DNA from: an uncultured Gammaproteobacteria bacterium
Lineage (GTDB): Bacteria; Patescibacteriota; Patescibacteriia; UBA11705; JABHMO01
Reading direction: 5' to 3'
DNA: 64,000 nt
Assembly: GCA_964590105.1 (NCBI GenBank)
Contig: CAZPYM010000002.1
Span: 154,697-218,696 of the forward strand
Below the pieces are notes generated by a model. The model saw only the letters and a list, made by a program, of their open reading frames with translations, was not told the DNA's origin and searched no databases. A program made the translations under genes and the position numbers. Below, one piece after another: positions 54,969-64,000 of this stretch. Position 1 is the first letter of the stretch, and every line of letters begins with the position of its first letter.

Positions 54969-57900
54969 ATGAGTTTAGAAAGCTTAAAAATAAATGACTT
55001 TGACGCCATTAAACTCAAACTAGCGTCGCCGTCAGATATTCGCTCTTGGTCGCACGGTGAAGTTGCCAGGCCGGAGACTATCAATTACCGGACGCAAAAG
55101 CCGGAAAAAGATGGACTTTTTTGCGAAAAAATATTCGGACCAAGCAAAGATTGGGAGTGTTATTGCGGCAAATATAAAAAAATTCGGTACAAAGGAATTG
55201 TTTGCGACAAATGCGGAGTGGAAGTTACCCGGGCAGTGGTCAGGCGTCAGCGCATGGGCCACATCGAACTCGCCGTGCCGGTTTCTCATATTTGGTTTTT
55301 GCGGGGTATTCCGTCAAAGATCGGCTTAGTGCTGGACTTATCAATTCAAAAATTGGAAAAAGTTATTTATTTTGCCAGTTTTATCGTCACGGACGTGAAT
55401 GAAGAATTGCGCAAACAAGAACTAGAAAACCTGCGCAAAGAATTGAAATCAAAGCAAAAATCTTTGCAGGCCCAATTGAGCCAGCAAGTGGACAATCTTG
55501 ACCAGAACAAAGAGCTCAGTTTCGGCGACAGAAAACAGGCGGTCAAGCAAGCAACAGAAGAAAATGAAAAATTACTGGATGAACTTAATCAGGATTTCAC
55601 AGAAACGGAAAAAGAGCTCAAAGAATTGAAGCCGCTGAAAATAATTTCAGAAGTTGAATATCATGATATTTCTTTAAAATACGGACATGTTTTTGAAGCG
55701 GGAATTGGCGCGGAAGCTATTAGTAAATTATTGGAAAGGGTTGACCTTGTTAAAGCGATCAGTGAATTGACGGAAGAATTAAAGGAAGATAAGGGTTCGA
55801 AAAAGAAAAAATTAATTAATCGTGTTAAGTTACTGAGGAGTTTGAAAAGGAATAATATCAAGCCGGAGCAAATGATTTTAGCGGCTTTGCCTGTAATCCC
55901 TCCGGATTTGCGGCCAATGGTACCGCTCGACGGCGGACGATATGCCACTTCGGATTTAAACGATTTATATAGAAGAGTTATTTCCCGTAATAATCGGTTA
56001 AAAAGACTTTTGGAATTAAATGCGCCGGAAGTTATTGTCAGAAATGAAAAACGAATGTTGCAGGAAGCGGTTGACGCTTTGATCGATAATTCCGCCAGAC
56101 AGAGCAAAACTACCACTGCCTCGACTGGGCAAAAAAGAAAGCTAAAATCAATTGCTGATTATTTAAAAGGTAAACGCGGACGATTTAGACAAAATCTTCT
56201 TGGTAAGAGAATCGATTATTCAGGACGAAGCGTAATTGTCATTGGTCCTGAATTGCGTTTGCACCAATGCGGTTTGCCAAAGAAAATGGCGCTGGAATTA
56301 TTCAAACCGTTTGTTATCTGCGAATTAATTAAAAAAGAATACGTGCACAATATCCGGAGCGCTAATCGTTTTATTGAGGCGGACAGACCGGAAGTGTGGG
56401 ATATTTTGGAAAATATTATCAAAGGAGCGCATGTGCTTTTGAATCGCGCCCCGACCTTGCATCGACTTGGCATTCAGGCTTTTCAGCCGATCTTGATCGA
56501 GGGGCGAGCTATTCAGCTGCATCCTCTAGTTTGCTCGGCTTTTAATGCTGACTTTGACGGTGACCAGATGGCCGTGCATGTTCCCCTGACTGAAGAAGCC
56601 AAAAAAGAAGCCCGTGAAATGATGTTGGCCAGCAAGAATTTGCTAAAACCAGCGACCGGCAACTCGATTGTTACGCCGACCATGGATATGGTTTGGGGCA
56701 CTTATCATGTTACTTCTTATACCAAGGAGCAAACGCCGGCAAAAATCTTTTGCAGTGTCAAAGAGGCAAAGCTTGCTTATGATGTGCGCAAAATTTCTAT
56801 TCGTCAAATTATAAAAGTCAGGGTAAATAAAGACGAGCTAGGCCGAAAAGTTAAGGGTGAATTTTTGGAAACATCGCTCGGTCGAATATTGTTTAATAAT
56901 TTATTGCCGGACAAGATGCCATATTACAATGAGGTGATTGATAAAAAGAAAATGGCAATAATTGTTCAGCTGGCGTTGGAATTTTACGGTTTTGATGAAA
57001 CTGCCAAAGCTTTAGATAGAATCAAGGATTTTGGCTTCAAACAATTGACTAAAGCCGGATTTTCTTGGGGCATGAATGATTTACCGACAGTCAGCGGAAA
57101 GAAAAGTTTGTTGGATCAGGGATTAAAAGAAGTTGAAGCAGTGCAAGGTCAGTATGAAGACGGGCTTCTGACCAATGATGAGCGTTACAGCAAAGTAATT
57201 GAAATTTGGACCAGGACAAAAGACGATGTGACTAAACTCAGTCAGGGAATTCTAGAACCGGATGGATCAGTTCATACGATGATCAGTTCGGGCGCTCGCG
57301 GTTCGTGGGGACAGCTTGCTCAGATGGTCGGAATGAAGGGGTTGGTAACCAATCCGGCCGGACAGATTATTGAATTACCTGTCAAAGCCAGTTTTAAAGA
57401 AGGTTTCTCAGCCTTGGAATATTACATTTCTACTCATGGAACGCGTAAGGGTTTGTCCGATACCGCCCTGCGTACAGCCAATGCCGGTTATCTGACCCGC
57501 AGACTGGTTGACGTGGCCCAAGATTTGGTGATTAGGGAAAAAGATTGCGGTGACGAAAAGGGTCGCATTATTACAAAGGAAGACAGTGATAAAATGGGCC
57601 TAAACTTTATTGAGAGAATCGTTGGCCGGCACATAATTGATTCTATAAAAGATCCTAAAACCGGAAAAGTGCTTGTCAAAAAAGGAAGTTTAATCACTGA
57701 AGAAATAGCTAGAAAATTAGAAAAAATTGATTTGGCGTCGGTAAAAATACGTTCTCTTCTGACCTGCAAATTGTCGCAGGGAGTGTGTCAAAAATGCTAT
57801 GGATTTGACCTAGCCTACAATCGTCTTGTTGAAATTGGTACAGCCGTCGGCATTATTGCCGCGCAAAGTATTGGCGAGCCTGGAACTCAGCTTACCATGA

Positions 57901-58880
57901 GAACTTTCCATACAGGTGGTGTAGCCGGAGGCGGAGATATTACTCAGGGTTTGCCGCGCGTAGAAGAAATTTTTGAAGCGCGTCCGCCAAAGAAAAAAGC
58001 CTTGATTTCCGAGGTCGCAGGCCTGGTTTCCATTGAAGAGCAGGCCAGAACTATTCAGGGTCCGAAAGGAGAAATCATTGCCAGAACTTCATTTGGTCAG
58101 CGGGTAGTTCGAATTCACCACGATGAAGTGGAAGAAGATGTCTATAGTCTAAAACCGGAATTCAAGCTGAAAGTGGCAGATGGCGAGCTAGTCAATGAAA
58201 AGGGAACGCTCTATCTTGACGCGGAAAAGCAAAAGGTCAAAGCAAAACGTTATGGCAAGATTGTGCTCACCGAAAATCAATTGAGGGTTGTGTCGGCCGC
58301 GGAACAAGTAAGAGAATACTTAATTTCTCCGGGAACAGTTTTGTGGGTAAAAGATGGCGATTTGATTGAAAAAGGAGCTCAATTGACCGAAGGCAGTCTG
58401 GATTTGAATCAGTTGCACAAGATTAGGGGCAAGAAAGCTGTGCAAGACTACATTCTAAAGGAAATTCAATATATTTATTCTTCACAGGGACAAAAGCTAA
58501 ACGACAAACATGTTGAATTAATTTCCCGGCAAATGTTTTCCCGCGTTTATGTCGAGACTTCCGGTGACACGGAATTATTGGAAGGAGAAATAGTGGAAAA
58601 ATCAGCCTTTGAAATTGCCAACAAGAATTTAAAGAAAGGCGAAAATCCGGCTAAGGGAGATGAAATATTTTTGGGAATTTCCAAGGTTTCATTGTCAACC
58701 AACAGTTTTTTGTCAGCTGCTTCTTTCCAGGAAACCGCCAAGGTGTTGATCAATGCGGCTATTACCGGCAAGATTGACAGACTGGAAGGTCTAAAAGAAA
58801 ATGTTATCATCGGCCGGCTGATTCCTGCCGGTACGGGGTACCGTCCGACAATAGAACCAGAAGAAAAGCCTACGGAATAA
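54969..58880 (+). CDS. rpoC: DNA-directed RNA polymerase subunit beta'.
   Basis: Zn-finger CYCGKYKKIRYKGIVCDKCGVEV, NADFDGDQMAVH catalytic motif. 1303 aa. Confidence 0.97.
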   Translation: MSLESLKINDFDAIKLKLASPSDIRSWSHGEVARPETINYRTQKPEKDGLFCEKIFGPSKDWECYCGKYKKIRYKGIVCDKCGVEVTRAVVRRQRMGHIELAVPVSHIWFLRGIPSKIGLVLDLSIQKLEKVIYFASFIVTDVNEELRKQELENLRKELKSKQKSLQAQLSQQVDNLDQNKELSFGDRKQAVKQATEENEKLLDELNQDFTETEKELKELKPLKIISEVEYHDISLKYGHVFEAGIGAEAISKLLERVDLVKAISELTEELKEDKGSKKKKLINRVKLLRSLKRNNIKPEQMILAALPVIPPDLRPMVPLDGGRYATSDLNDLYRRVISRNNRLKRLLELNAPEVIVRNEKRMLQEAVDALIDNSARQSKTTTASTGQKRKLKSIADYLKGKRGRFRQNLLGKRIDYSGRSVIVIGPELRLHQCGLPKKMALELFKPFVICELIKKEYVHNIRSANRFIEADRPEVWDILENIIKGAHVLLNRAPTLHRLGIQAFQPILIEGRAIQLHPLVCSAFNADFDGDQMAVHVPLTEEAKKEAREMMLASKNLLKPATGNSIVTPTMDMVWGTYHVTSYTKEQTPAKIFCSVKEAKLAYDVRKISIRQIIKVRVNKDELGRKVKGEFLETSLGRILFNNLLPDKMPYYNEVIDKKKMAIIVQLALEFYGFDETAKALDRIKDFGFKQLTKAGFSWGMNDLPTVSGKKSLLDQGLKEVEAVQGQYEDGLLTNDERYSKVIEIWTRTKDDVTKLSQGILEPDGSVHTMISSGARGSWGQLAQMVGMKGLVTNPAGQIIELPVKASFKEGFSALEYYISTHGTRKGLSDTALRTANAGYLTRRLVDVAQDLVIREKDCGDEKGRIITKEDSDKMGLNFIERIVGRHIIDSIKDPKTGKVLVKKGSLITEEIARKLEKIDLASVKIRSLLTCKLSQGVCQKCYGFDLAYNRLVEIGTAVGIIAAQSIGEPGTQLTMRTFHTGGVAGGGDITQGLPRVEEIFEARPPKKKALISEVAGLVSIEEQARTIQGPKGEIIARTSFGQRVVRIHHDEVEEDVYSLKPEFKLKVADGELVNEKGTLYLDAEKQKVKAKRYGKIVLTENQLRVVSAAEQVREYLISPGTVLWVKDGDLIEKGAQLTEGSLDLNQLHKIRGKKAVQDYILKEIQYIYSSQGQKLNDKHVELISRQMFSRVYVETSGDTELLEGEIVEKSAFEIANKNLKKGENPAKGDEIFLGISKVSLSTNSFLSAASFQETAKVLINAAITGKIDRLEGLKENVIIGRLIPAGTGYRPTIEPEEKPTE

Positions 58881-58931
58881 TGCTTGCCCGGCGGAGGTCG
58901 GGAATATTGAATATATTAATAACACTTCATT

Positions 58932-60869
58932 ATGAACAAATATGGAATAATTAAAAACCTGGTATTTTTTGTCATTATCTTTTTGTTCATTGCCAGCGTC
59001 TTCAGCTTATATAATGTTTCTGATCATGAGGTGGCGGATATTGACATTCAAAAGATGATTGAGGAAATCAATCAGGAGCAGGTACAAAAAATTTCAATCG
59101 AAGGCAGTATTTTGCAGCTGACGCTCAATGACGGCACCAAGCAAAAACTAAAAAAGGAAACTTCGGAATCGTTTTCAGAGCTGTTGAATAATTTCAAAGT
59201 TGCTGAAGACAAAATGAAAAAGTTTTCAATTGAAGTAAAGGAAGAAAGCGGCTTCAGTTATTGGATGGCGTCTTTATTGCCCTTTCTGATCCCGCTTTTG
59301 TTTATCGGCGGATTTATTTGGTATATGATGCGCCAGGTGCAGGGAGCGAACACGCGGGCAATGGGGTTTGGCCAGAGCCAGGCGAGGCAAATCAAGCCGA
59401 ACGGCAAAGATAAAGTCACCTTCAAAGATGTGGCTGGAGTAAAAGAAGCGAAAGAAGAATTAAAAGAAATTGTTGAATTTCTAATGCATCCGAAAAAATT
59501 TACTTCTCTCGGCGCCAAGATTCCCAAGGGCGTACTTCTCATGGGTGCGCCAGGCACCGGCAAAACAATGCTGGCCAAGGCTGTTGCCGGAGAAGCGGAT
59601 GTGCCATTTTTCACTATTTCCGGTTCAGAATTCGTGGAAATGTTTGTGGGCGTTGGAGCGTCAAGGGTTAGAGATTTATTCAAAAAAGCAAAAAAGAATT
59701 CTCCATGCATTATTTTTATCGATGAAATAGACGCTGTCGGACGGCAGAGAGGAACAGGACTTGGCGGATCGCATGATGAGCGCGAGCAGACGTTGAATCA
59801 GATCTTGGTTGAAATGGACGGCTTTGATCCCAATACTAATGTTATTGTAATGGCTGCGACAAACCGGCCGGATGTTCTTGATCCGGCGCTGCTCAGACCG
59901 GGCAGATTTGACCGGCGCGTAATTCTGGATTTGCCTGACATCAATGACCGAGAAGAGATTTTGAATGTGCATTCTAAGAAAAAGCCCTTGGCAAAAGAAG
60001 TGGATATTCGTCAGATAGCCGAACGCACACCCGGATTTTCCGGTGCTGACCTGGCCAACTTATTTAATGAAGCGGCGATTTTGACCGCCAGAAGAGACAA
60101 GAAAAAAATTACGCAGGATGAATTGGTTGAAAGCATTGAAAAGGTAATGCTCGGACCCGAGCGGAAGAGTCATATCTTGTCAGTTGAAGAGAAAAGGATT
60201 ACCGCGGTCCACGAAGCTGGGCATGCTCTTGTTTCTCATGTTTTGCCGCATGCGGATCCGGTGCACAAAGTTTCAATTATTTCCCGCGGACGAGCGGCCG
60301 GATATACCATGAATTTGCCGGAAAAAGAAAGGTATTTGCATCGAAAATCAGAATATATTGATAGTTTGGCAGTTTTACTGGCCGGGCATATTGCGGAAAA
60401 ACTTGAATTTGGCGAAGTGACAACTGGCGCGTCCAATGATTTGCAGCGCGCCACGGAGATAGCCCGCAGTTTAATCACCCAATTTGGCATGAGCGAAAAT
60501 TTGGCGCCGCGAGTTTACGGCGAAAAAGAAGAATTGGTTTTCCTTGGCCGCGATATCCGCGAACAGCGCAATTATTCTGAAAAAGTGGCGGAAGAAATTG
60601 ACGCCGAGATTGACGCCATGGTTCGCGTAGCCGCCAAAACAGCGGAAAAAGTCATTACGGAAAACAAGGAGAAGATGGATAAAATTGTGGCTAAACTTCT
60701 GAAAGACGAGACAATTGAAAAGAATGAATTTTTGGCTCTTATGGGAGTGAAGGTGGAAGAAGCAAAAGAAGAGAGCGGTGCTGAAAAATCCCTCGACGCT
60801 ACCGCCAAAGGCGAGATCGCTCAGGAGGATAAAGATATTAAAGAAGATAAAGAGGTGAAAGAAGTTTGA
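58932..60869 (+). CDS. ftsH: ATP-dependent zinc metalloprotease FtsH with charged C-terminal tail.
   Basis: 2 TMs, AAA module (GAPGTGKT), HEAGHA zinc motif. Confidence 0.95.
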   Translation: MNKYGIIKNLVFFVIIFLFIASVFSLYNVSDHEVADIDIQKMIEEINQEQVQKISIEGSILQLTLNDGTKQKLKKETSESFSELLNNFKVAEDKMKKFSIEVKEESGFSYWMASLLPFLIPLLFIGGFIWYMMRQVQGANTRAMGFGQSQARQIKPNGKDKVTFKDVAGVKEAKEELKEIVEFLMHPKKFTSLGAKIPKGVLLMGAPGTGKTMLAKAVAGEADVPFFTISGSEFVEMFVGVGASRVRDLFKKAKKNSPCIIFIDEIDAVGRQRGTGLGGSHDEREQTLNQILVEMDGFDPNTNVIVMAATNRPDVLDPALLRPGRFDRRVILDLPDINDREEILNVHSKKKPLAKEVDIRQIAERTPGFSGADLANLFNEAAILTARRDKKKITQDELVESIEKVMLGPERKSHILSVEEKRITAVHEAGHALVSHVLPHADPVHKVSIISRGRAAGYTMNLPEKERYLHRKSEYIDSLAVLLAGHIAEKLEFGEVTTGASNDLQRATEIARSLITQFGMSENLAPRVYGEKEELVFLGRDIREQRNYSEKVAEEIDAEIDAMVRVAAKTAEKVITENKEKMDKIVAKLLKDETIEKNEFLALMGVKVEEAKEESGAEKSLDATAKGEIAQEDKDIKEDKEVKEV

Positions 60870-61076
60870 AGTTGATATATTGAATGCGATAAAATAAAAA
60901 ACAGGCTGCCTTGTGGAAAGCAGCTTGTTTTTTATTGTTGATAATTAAGTGGACAACATTTTCATTGTTTTGTAAAAACGTGGTATAATTAAACAAGGTT
61001 AAGTAATGTTATTAACAGCAAGTAAAATTAATTTATTATTTTTTTAATTTTTTATTTTAATATCTAATTAGCCAAT

Positions 61077-62093
61077 ATGGAAACAATTTACCGTTTAATT
61101 TTAAGGAAGGCGCTGAAAATCAGCTGGAAAAATAAATGGCTGTGGGTGTTGGGGTTTTTCGCGGCGGTGATCGGCAATGGCAGTGTTTATGAAGCGCTAC
61201 TGCGCGGGTTTAACAATATTTCAGAGGGACGCTCGGTGTTTTATACTTTTCGTGAATATTTGGAATCAGGAATTTTCGGTATGATTTCCTGGGCAAAATT
61301 ATCAGCGCTCTGGGAAAGCGATGCCAGCGCCTTTGGTTTGGGTATCTTTACCATTTTGCTCATGATGTGCCTTCTTGCAATTTTAATTACGCTTGGCGTG
61401 ATTGGCCAGGGCGGCGTGGTCAGCGCGGTTATCAATCTGGATGAAGACAAAAAGCCGTCTATGAAATCCAGTTTTCGCGTGGGAGTCGAACGCTTTTGGC
61501 CGATTCTGGAATTAAACGTAATGACCAAAGTTGTATTGCTCGGATTTTTACTGTTCCTTGCTTACCTCGTCTCGCTCCTCACCTTTACCAGCGAAGCGGC
61601 CTACAATTTTGTCTATGTGCTTGCGTTCATAGTTTTTGTTATACTAGGCATAATAATTTATTTTTTAACGATCTACGGCACGGCCTACGTGATTTTGCGA
61701 GGCAAGGGATCCTTTGGAGCGCTTAAATCCGCTTGGCGTTTGTTTTCCAAGCACGTACTGCTGAATTTGGAAATGGGATTATTATTATTTGTGGTAAATA
61801 TAGTAGTTGCGATCCTCTTCTTTTTACTTAACTTTATGATTTTATCGCCAATCTTCGTGCTCTATTTGCTGTTTCTTTTTTCCGGGGTGAAAATCATTAC
61901 TTCAATCCTAATGTTTATAATGTTGGTGATTTTTGCGGTGACTATTTTTGCCGTAGGTTCATGGTGGAGCTCTTTTCAGCTGGGTGTCTGGGCAATCTTG
62001 TTTGAAGAATTGGAATTAAAAGGAGGCAAATCAAAAGTTCAAAGATGGTTCGAACTGGCCGGCGAAAAAATTAAAAGCAAAAAGGCTAAATAA
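61077..62093 (+). CDS. Hypothetical polytopic membrane protein (6-7 TM).
   Basis: Hydrophobicity pattern only. Confidence 0.45.
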   Translation: METIYRLILRKALKISWKNKWLWVLGFFAAVIGNGSVYEALLRGFNNISEGRSVFYTFREYLESGIFGMISWAKLSALWESDASAFGLGIFTILLMMCLLAILITLGVIGQGGVVSAVINLDEDKKPSMKSSFRVGVERFWPILELNVMTKVVLLGFLLFLAYLVSLLTFTSEAAYNFVYVLAFIVFVILGIIIYFLTIYGTAYVILRGKGSFGALKSAWRLFSKHVLLNLEMGLLLFVVNIVVAILFFLLNFMILSPIFVLYLLFLFSGVKIITSILMFIMLVIFAVTIFAVGSWWSSFQLGVWAILFEELELKGGKSKVQRWFELAGEKIKSKKAK

Positions 62094-62189
62094 AATTTCA
62101 GCACAAGCGATCCTCCACGCTTGGAGGGGGCAAAATAAAAACAAAAAAGCAGAATCGCTTGAAAAGGCGGCTCTGTTTTTTTAAAAAAG

Positions 62190-63338
62190 TTATTGCTTTT
62201 TAAGTCTGTAAATATTTCGAATAATTTTTTGATCCGGCCTGGAATATTCCCATGATTCAATGATTTTTAGGCTCCGGGGCAACAGGCCGTGAAGATCAAA
62301 TTGATATAGGCGTCCATTGATTCTAAATGTTGGAATGACCATGATAATTGTTCCGCTTGGCTTCAGAATCGTGGCCATTGATTTTATCGCCGGGCGATAA
62401 AGTTTTGTGAGTTCACTGATGATATGCAGTAGAAAACTTTCCGGCTCATGCCCTTTTAGCGGCGGGCCGAGATATGGTTCGGTGATTATAGCATCCATTG
62501 AAGCGGGTTTAATTTTTTCAACCAAATGTTCGATCGGGCAAAGCAAAATTTTCGCTCGGCTAAACGGTAAATTGTTTTCCTTGGCAATTCCGGCCAGCCA
62601 GTCAAGATTTTCTTGGGTGTCTTTGGTGGCTTTTTTGCTGGCATCTGCACCGATCACATTTTTGTGGCCAAGAAAAATCGCCTGCTGCAGAATCGTGCCC
62701 GAGCCACAAAATGGGTCAAGCAAAGATTGTTTCGGGTCTGTCCCGGCCAGATTTACCATGATTTGCGCTAGTTTGAGGGGCAGCATGCCGGAGAAATCAT
62801 CGCGCGCCGGCCGGCCGAAATCCAGTTTAGAAAAAAGTTCAAAAGGCTGAACCGCCAAAGTTTGGCCGACAAAAGTTTGATTGTCAAAACGCAGAATAGC
62901 AAGTTCAATTCCGTTTTTGCCAAGTAAATTTTTTTGTACTACCACGGAACTTAATGGTGAAATTTTGCTGGCTACAAACCTGGCTTTGGCGCCTTGATTT
63001 TTCAGCAAAGATTTTATTTGCCGGCCGATTTTGTCAACGTCAATATTTAAATTGTAGGGGCTCACTCCAAATCGGATTTTTTCTTTTGAGTCAGGAATGA
63101 ATTTAGCCAGATCAGCGGCGGACAAGCTTTTTAGTGGGCCATTGATTTTCCCTATTTTAATAGTGCCGGCTAGCTGACGAATCAGTGCGGCATGTTCAAT
63201 CGTCTGATCAATATTTAAAATTACAAAATCTACTTGTTCCGTAATTACTTGGAATTTGATATTGAGCTGTTCGAATTTTGCCTCAATTTCAGCTTTTGAC
63301 AGCTCGGGGTGATTGCCCAGGGTAAAAAAATATTGCAT
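62190..63338 (-). CDS. THUMP-domain RNA (m2G/Trm11-RlmL-like) methyltransferase.
   Basis: DPFCGSGTIL (motif I) and TEPYLG (motif IV-like) preceded by a THUMP-like N-terminal region. Confidence 0.55.
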   Translation of the reverse strand: MQYFFTLGNHPELSKAEIEAKFEQLNIKFQVITEQVDFVILNIDQTIEHAALIRQLAGTIKIGKINGPLKSLSAADLAKFIPDSKEKIRFGVSPYNLNIDVDKIGRQIKSLLKNQGAKARFVASKISPLSSVVVQKNLLGKNGIELAILRFDNQTFVGQTLAVQPFELFSKLDFGRPARDDFSGMLPLKLAQIMVNLAGTDPKQSLLDPFCGSGTILQQAIFLGHKNVIGADASKKATKDTQENLDWLAGIAKENNLPFSRAKILLCPIEHLVEKIKPASMDAIITEPYLGPPLKGHEPESFLLHIISELTKLYRPAIKSMATILKPSGTIIMVIPTFRINGRLYQFDLHGLLPRSLKIIESWEYSRPDQKIIRNIYRLKKQ

Positions 63339-63600
63339 ATATAAAAGACTGCAGAGCTATTGTGATCGGCAAACTGTTTCAGAATATCATGAGGAGAGAA
63401 ATTTCACTGAAGAACATGGTTTTTCAGCGTAATATTCCAAAGGGGTTTGTCTTTCATTAATTTACTCTGCAGCCTCCACTATTATTGTACAGAAAACAAT
63501 GAAAATGTCAATAGCAAAATGATTGTCCAATAGTTGACGTTTTGCGCGTATTTTGCTAGAATATAAGCAATCGGATGAAACAATGGATTAGCTTCGCGAT

Positions 63601-63716
63601 AGGAAAAGAAGCGAGAAGAAAGACGTGAGAAGTGAGACGTGACAGTTAAACGTATATTTTCTCTCTTTTCTTCCCCTATTTCCTTTCCTGATCCTTTATC
63701 TTCTTTATCCTTTTCG
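63601..63716 (+). promoter_or_regulatory. Purine-tract / pyrimidine-tract long hairpin in the infB leader.
   Basis: ggaaaagaagcgagaagaaagacgtgagaagtgagacg ... tctctcttttcttcccctatttcctttcctgatcctttatcttctttatcc. Confidence 0.35.
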
Positions 63717-63723
63717 ATTATTT

Positions 63724-64000
63724 ATGAATATTTCAGAACTAGCTAGAAAATTAAGAGTCAACACAGCGGATCTGCGCGACAAATTGCCGGAGCTTGGTTT
63801 TGATATTGGGCAGAAAGCTATTAAAATTGATGACAAATTAGCTTCTAGAATAGTTCGCTCTTGGTGGGAATTCCAAGATAGACAAAAACAAAAGCAAGCT
63901 TATGAGAAAATTACCACCAAAGATGAAAAAGGTCAGGTGATTATTGATAAAAAAGTTGAAATGCCTGGAGTTCTGACAGTCAAGGATTTTGCGGCGCTTC
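63724..64000 (+). CDS. infB: Translation initiation factor IF-2, N-terminal part (continues beyond the window).
   Basis: MNISELARKLRVNTADLRDKLPELGFDIGQKAIKIDDKLASRIV matches the IF2_N domain. A second IF2_N-like segment (GVLTVKDFAA) begins at the window end. Confidence 0.65.
   Translation, partial: MNISELARKLRVNTADLRDKLPELGFDIGQKAIKIDDKLASRIVRSWWEFQDRQKQKQAYEKITTKDEKGQVIIDKKVEMPGVLTVKDFAAL

Overview
The window is a 64 kb, gene-dense segment from a low-GC bacterium with a reduced genome. Most backbone genes lack a Shine-Dalgarno (SD) sequence and many products carry charged low-complexity tails, which fits a Patescibacteria/CPR-like organism; that taxonomic call is inference. Core genes present are groES-groEL, recA, ftsK, clpP, gyrA, rpoB-rpoC, ftsH, nusA, yidC, rpsF-ssb-rpsR, efp, rny, rpsA, hup, rbfA, murE and the start of infB. 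Other backbone genes include NUDIX, YmdB, Hsp20, VanW and DHH genes.

A second gene population sits on this backbone. These genes are visibly higher in GC, each has a near-consensus TTGACA-17-TATNNT promoter and a strong GGAGG SD, and most are flanked by intrinsic terminators. The largest such block is a ~7 kb island at ~6.2-13.2 kb. It encodes a radical-SAM/SPASM enzyme with an RRE-like N-terminal extension. That gene is translationally coupled (ATGA overlap) to a DUF2207-like membrane protein. The DUF2207-like protein has a Gly-rich tail that ends in an unusual (Cys-Ala)n extension, SCACACVSCACACACAGGGGAGC...C..C. Downstream are a second membrane lipoprotein with the same GGGGFGGRT tail motif, a TPM-like lipoprotein, LemA and three small membrane proteins. 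I read this as a LemA/TPM/DUF2207-type envelope module that has recruited a radical-SAM maturase and a Cys-repeat substrate-like tail. It is the best candidate in the window for an undescribed system.

Other notable items:
- A 78-bp direct repeat (a duplicated 5' end of a methyltransferase gene) brackets a 2.1 kb insert. The insert carries an S51 peptidase, a standalone C39-like peptidase and a high-GC protein with a C-terminal six-Cys segment.
- A decayed duplicate of the gyrA 3' end lies downstream of gyrA.
- Tandem TAC(N)(R)AT heptamer arrays sit immediately upstream of several minus-strand start codons and in the ftsK-clpP intergenic region.
- Three copies of a sequence-conserved terminator hairpin are present.
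- Several structured intergenic elements are candidate ncRNAs.

No rRNA, tRNA or CRISPR array was found.
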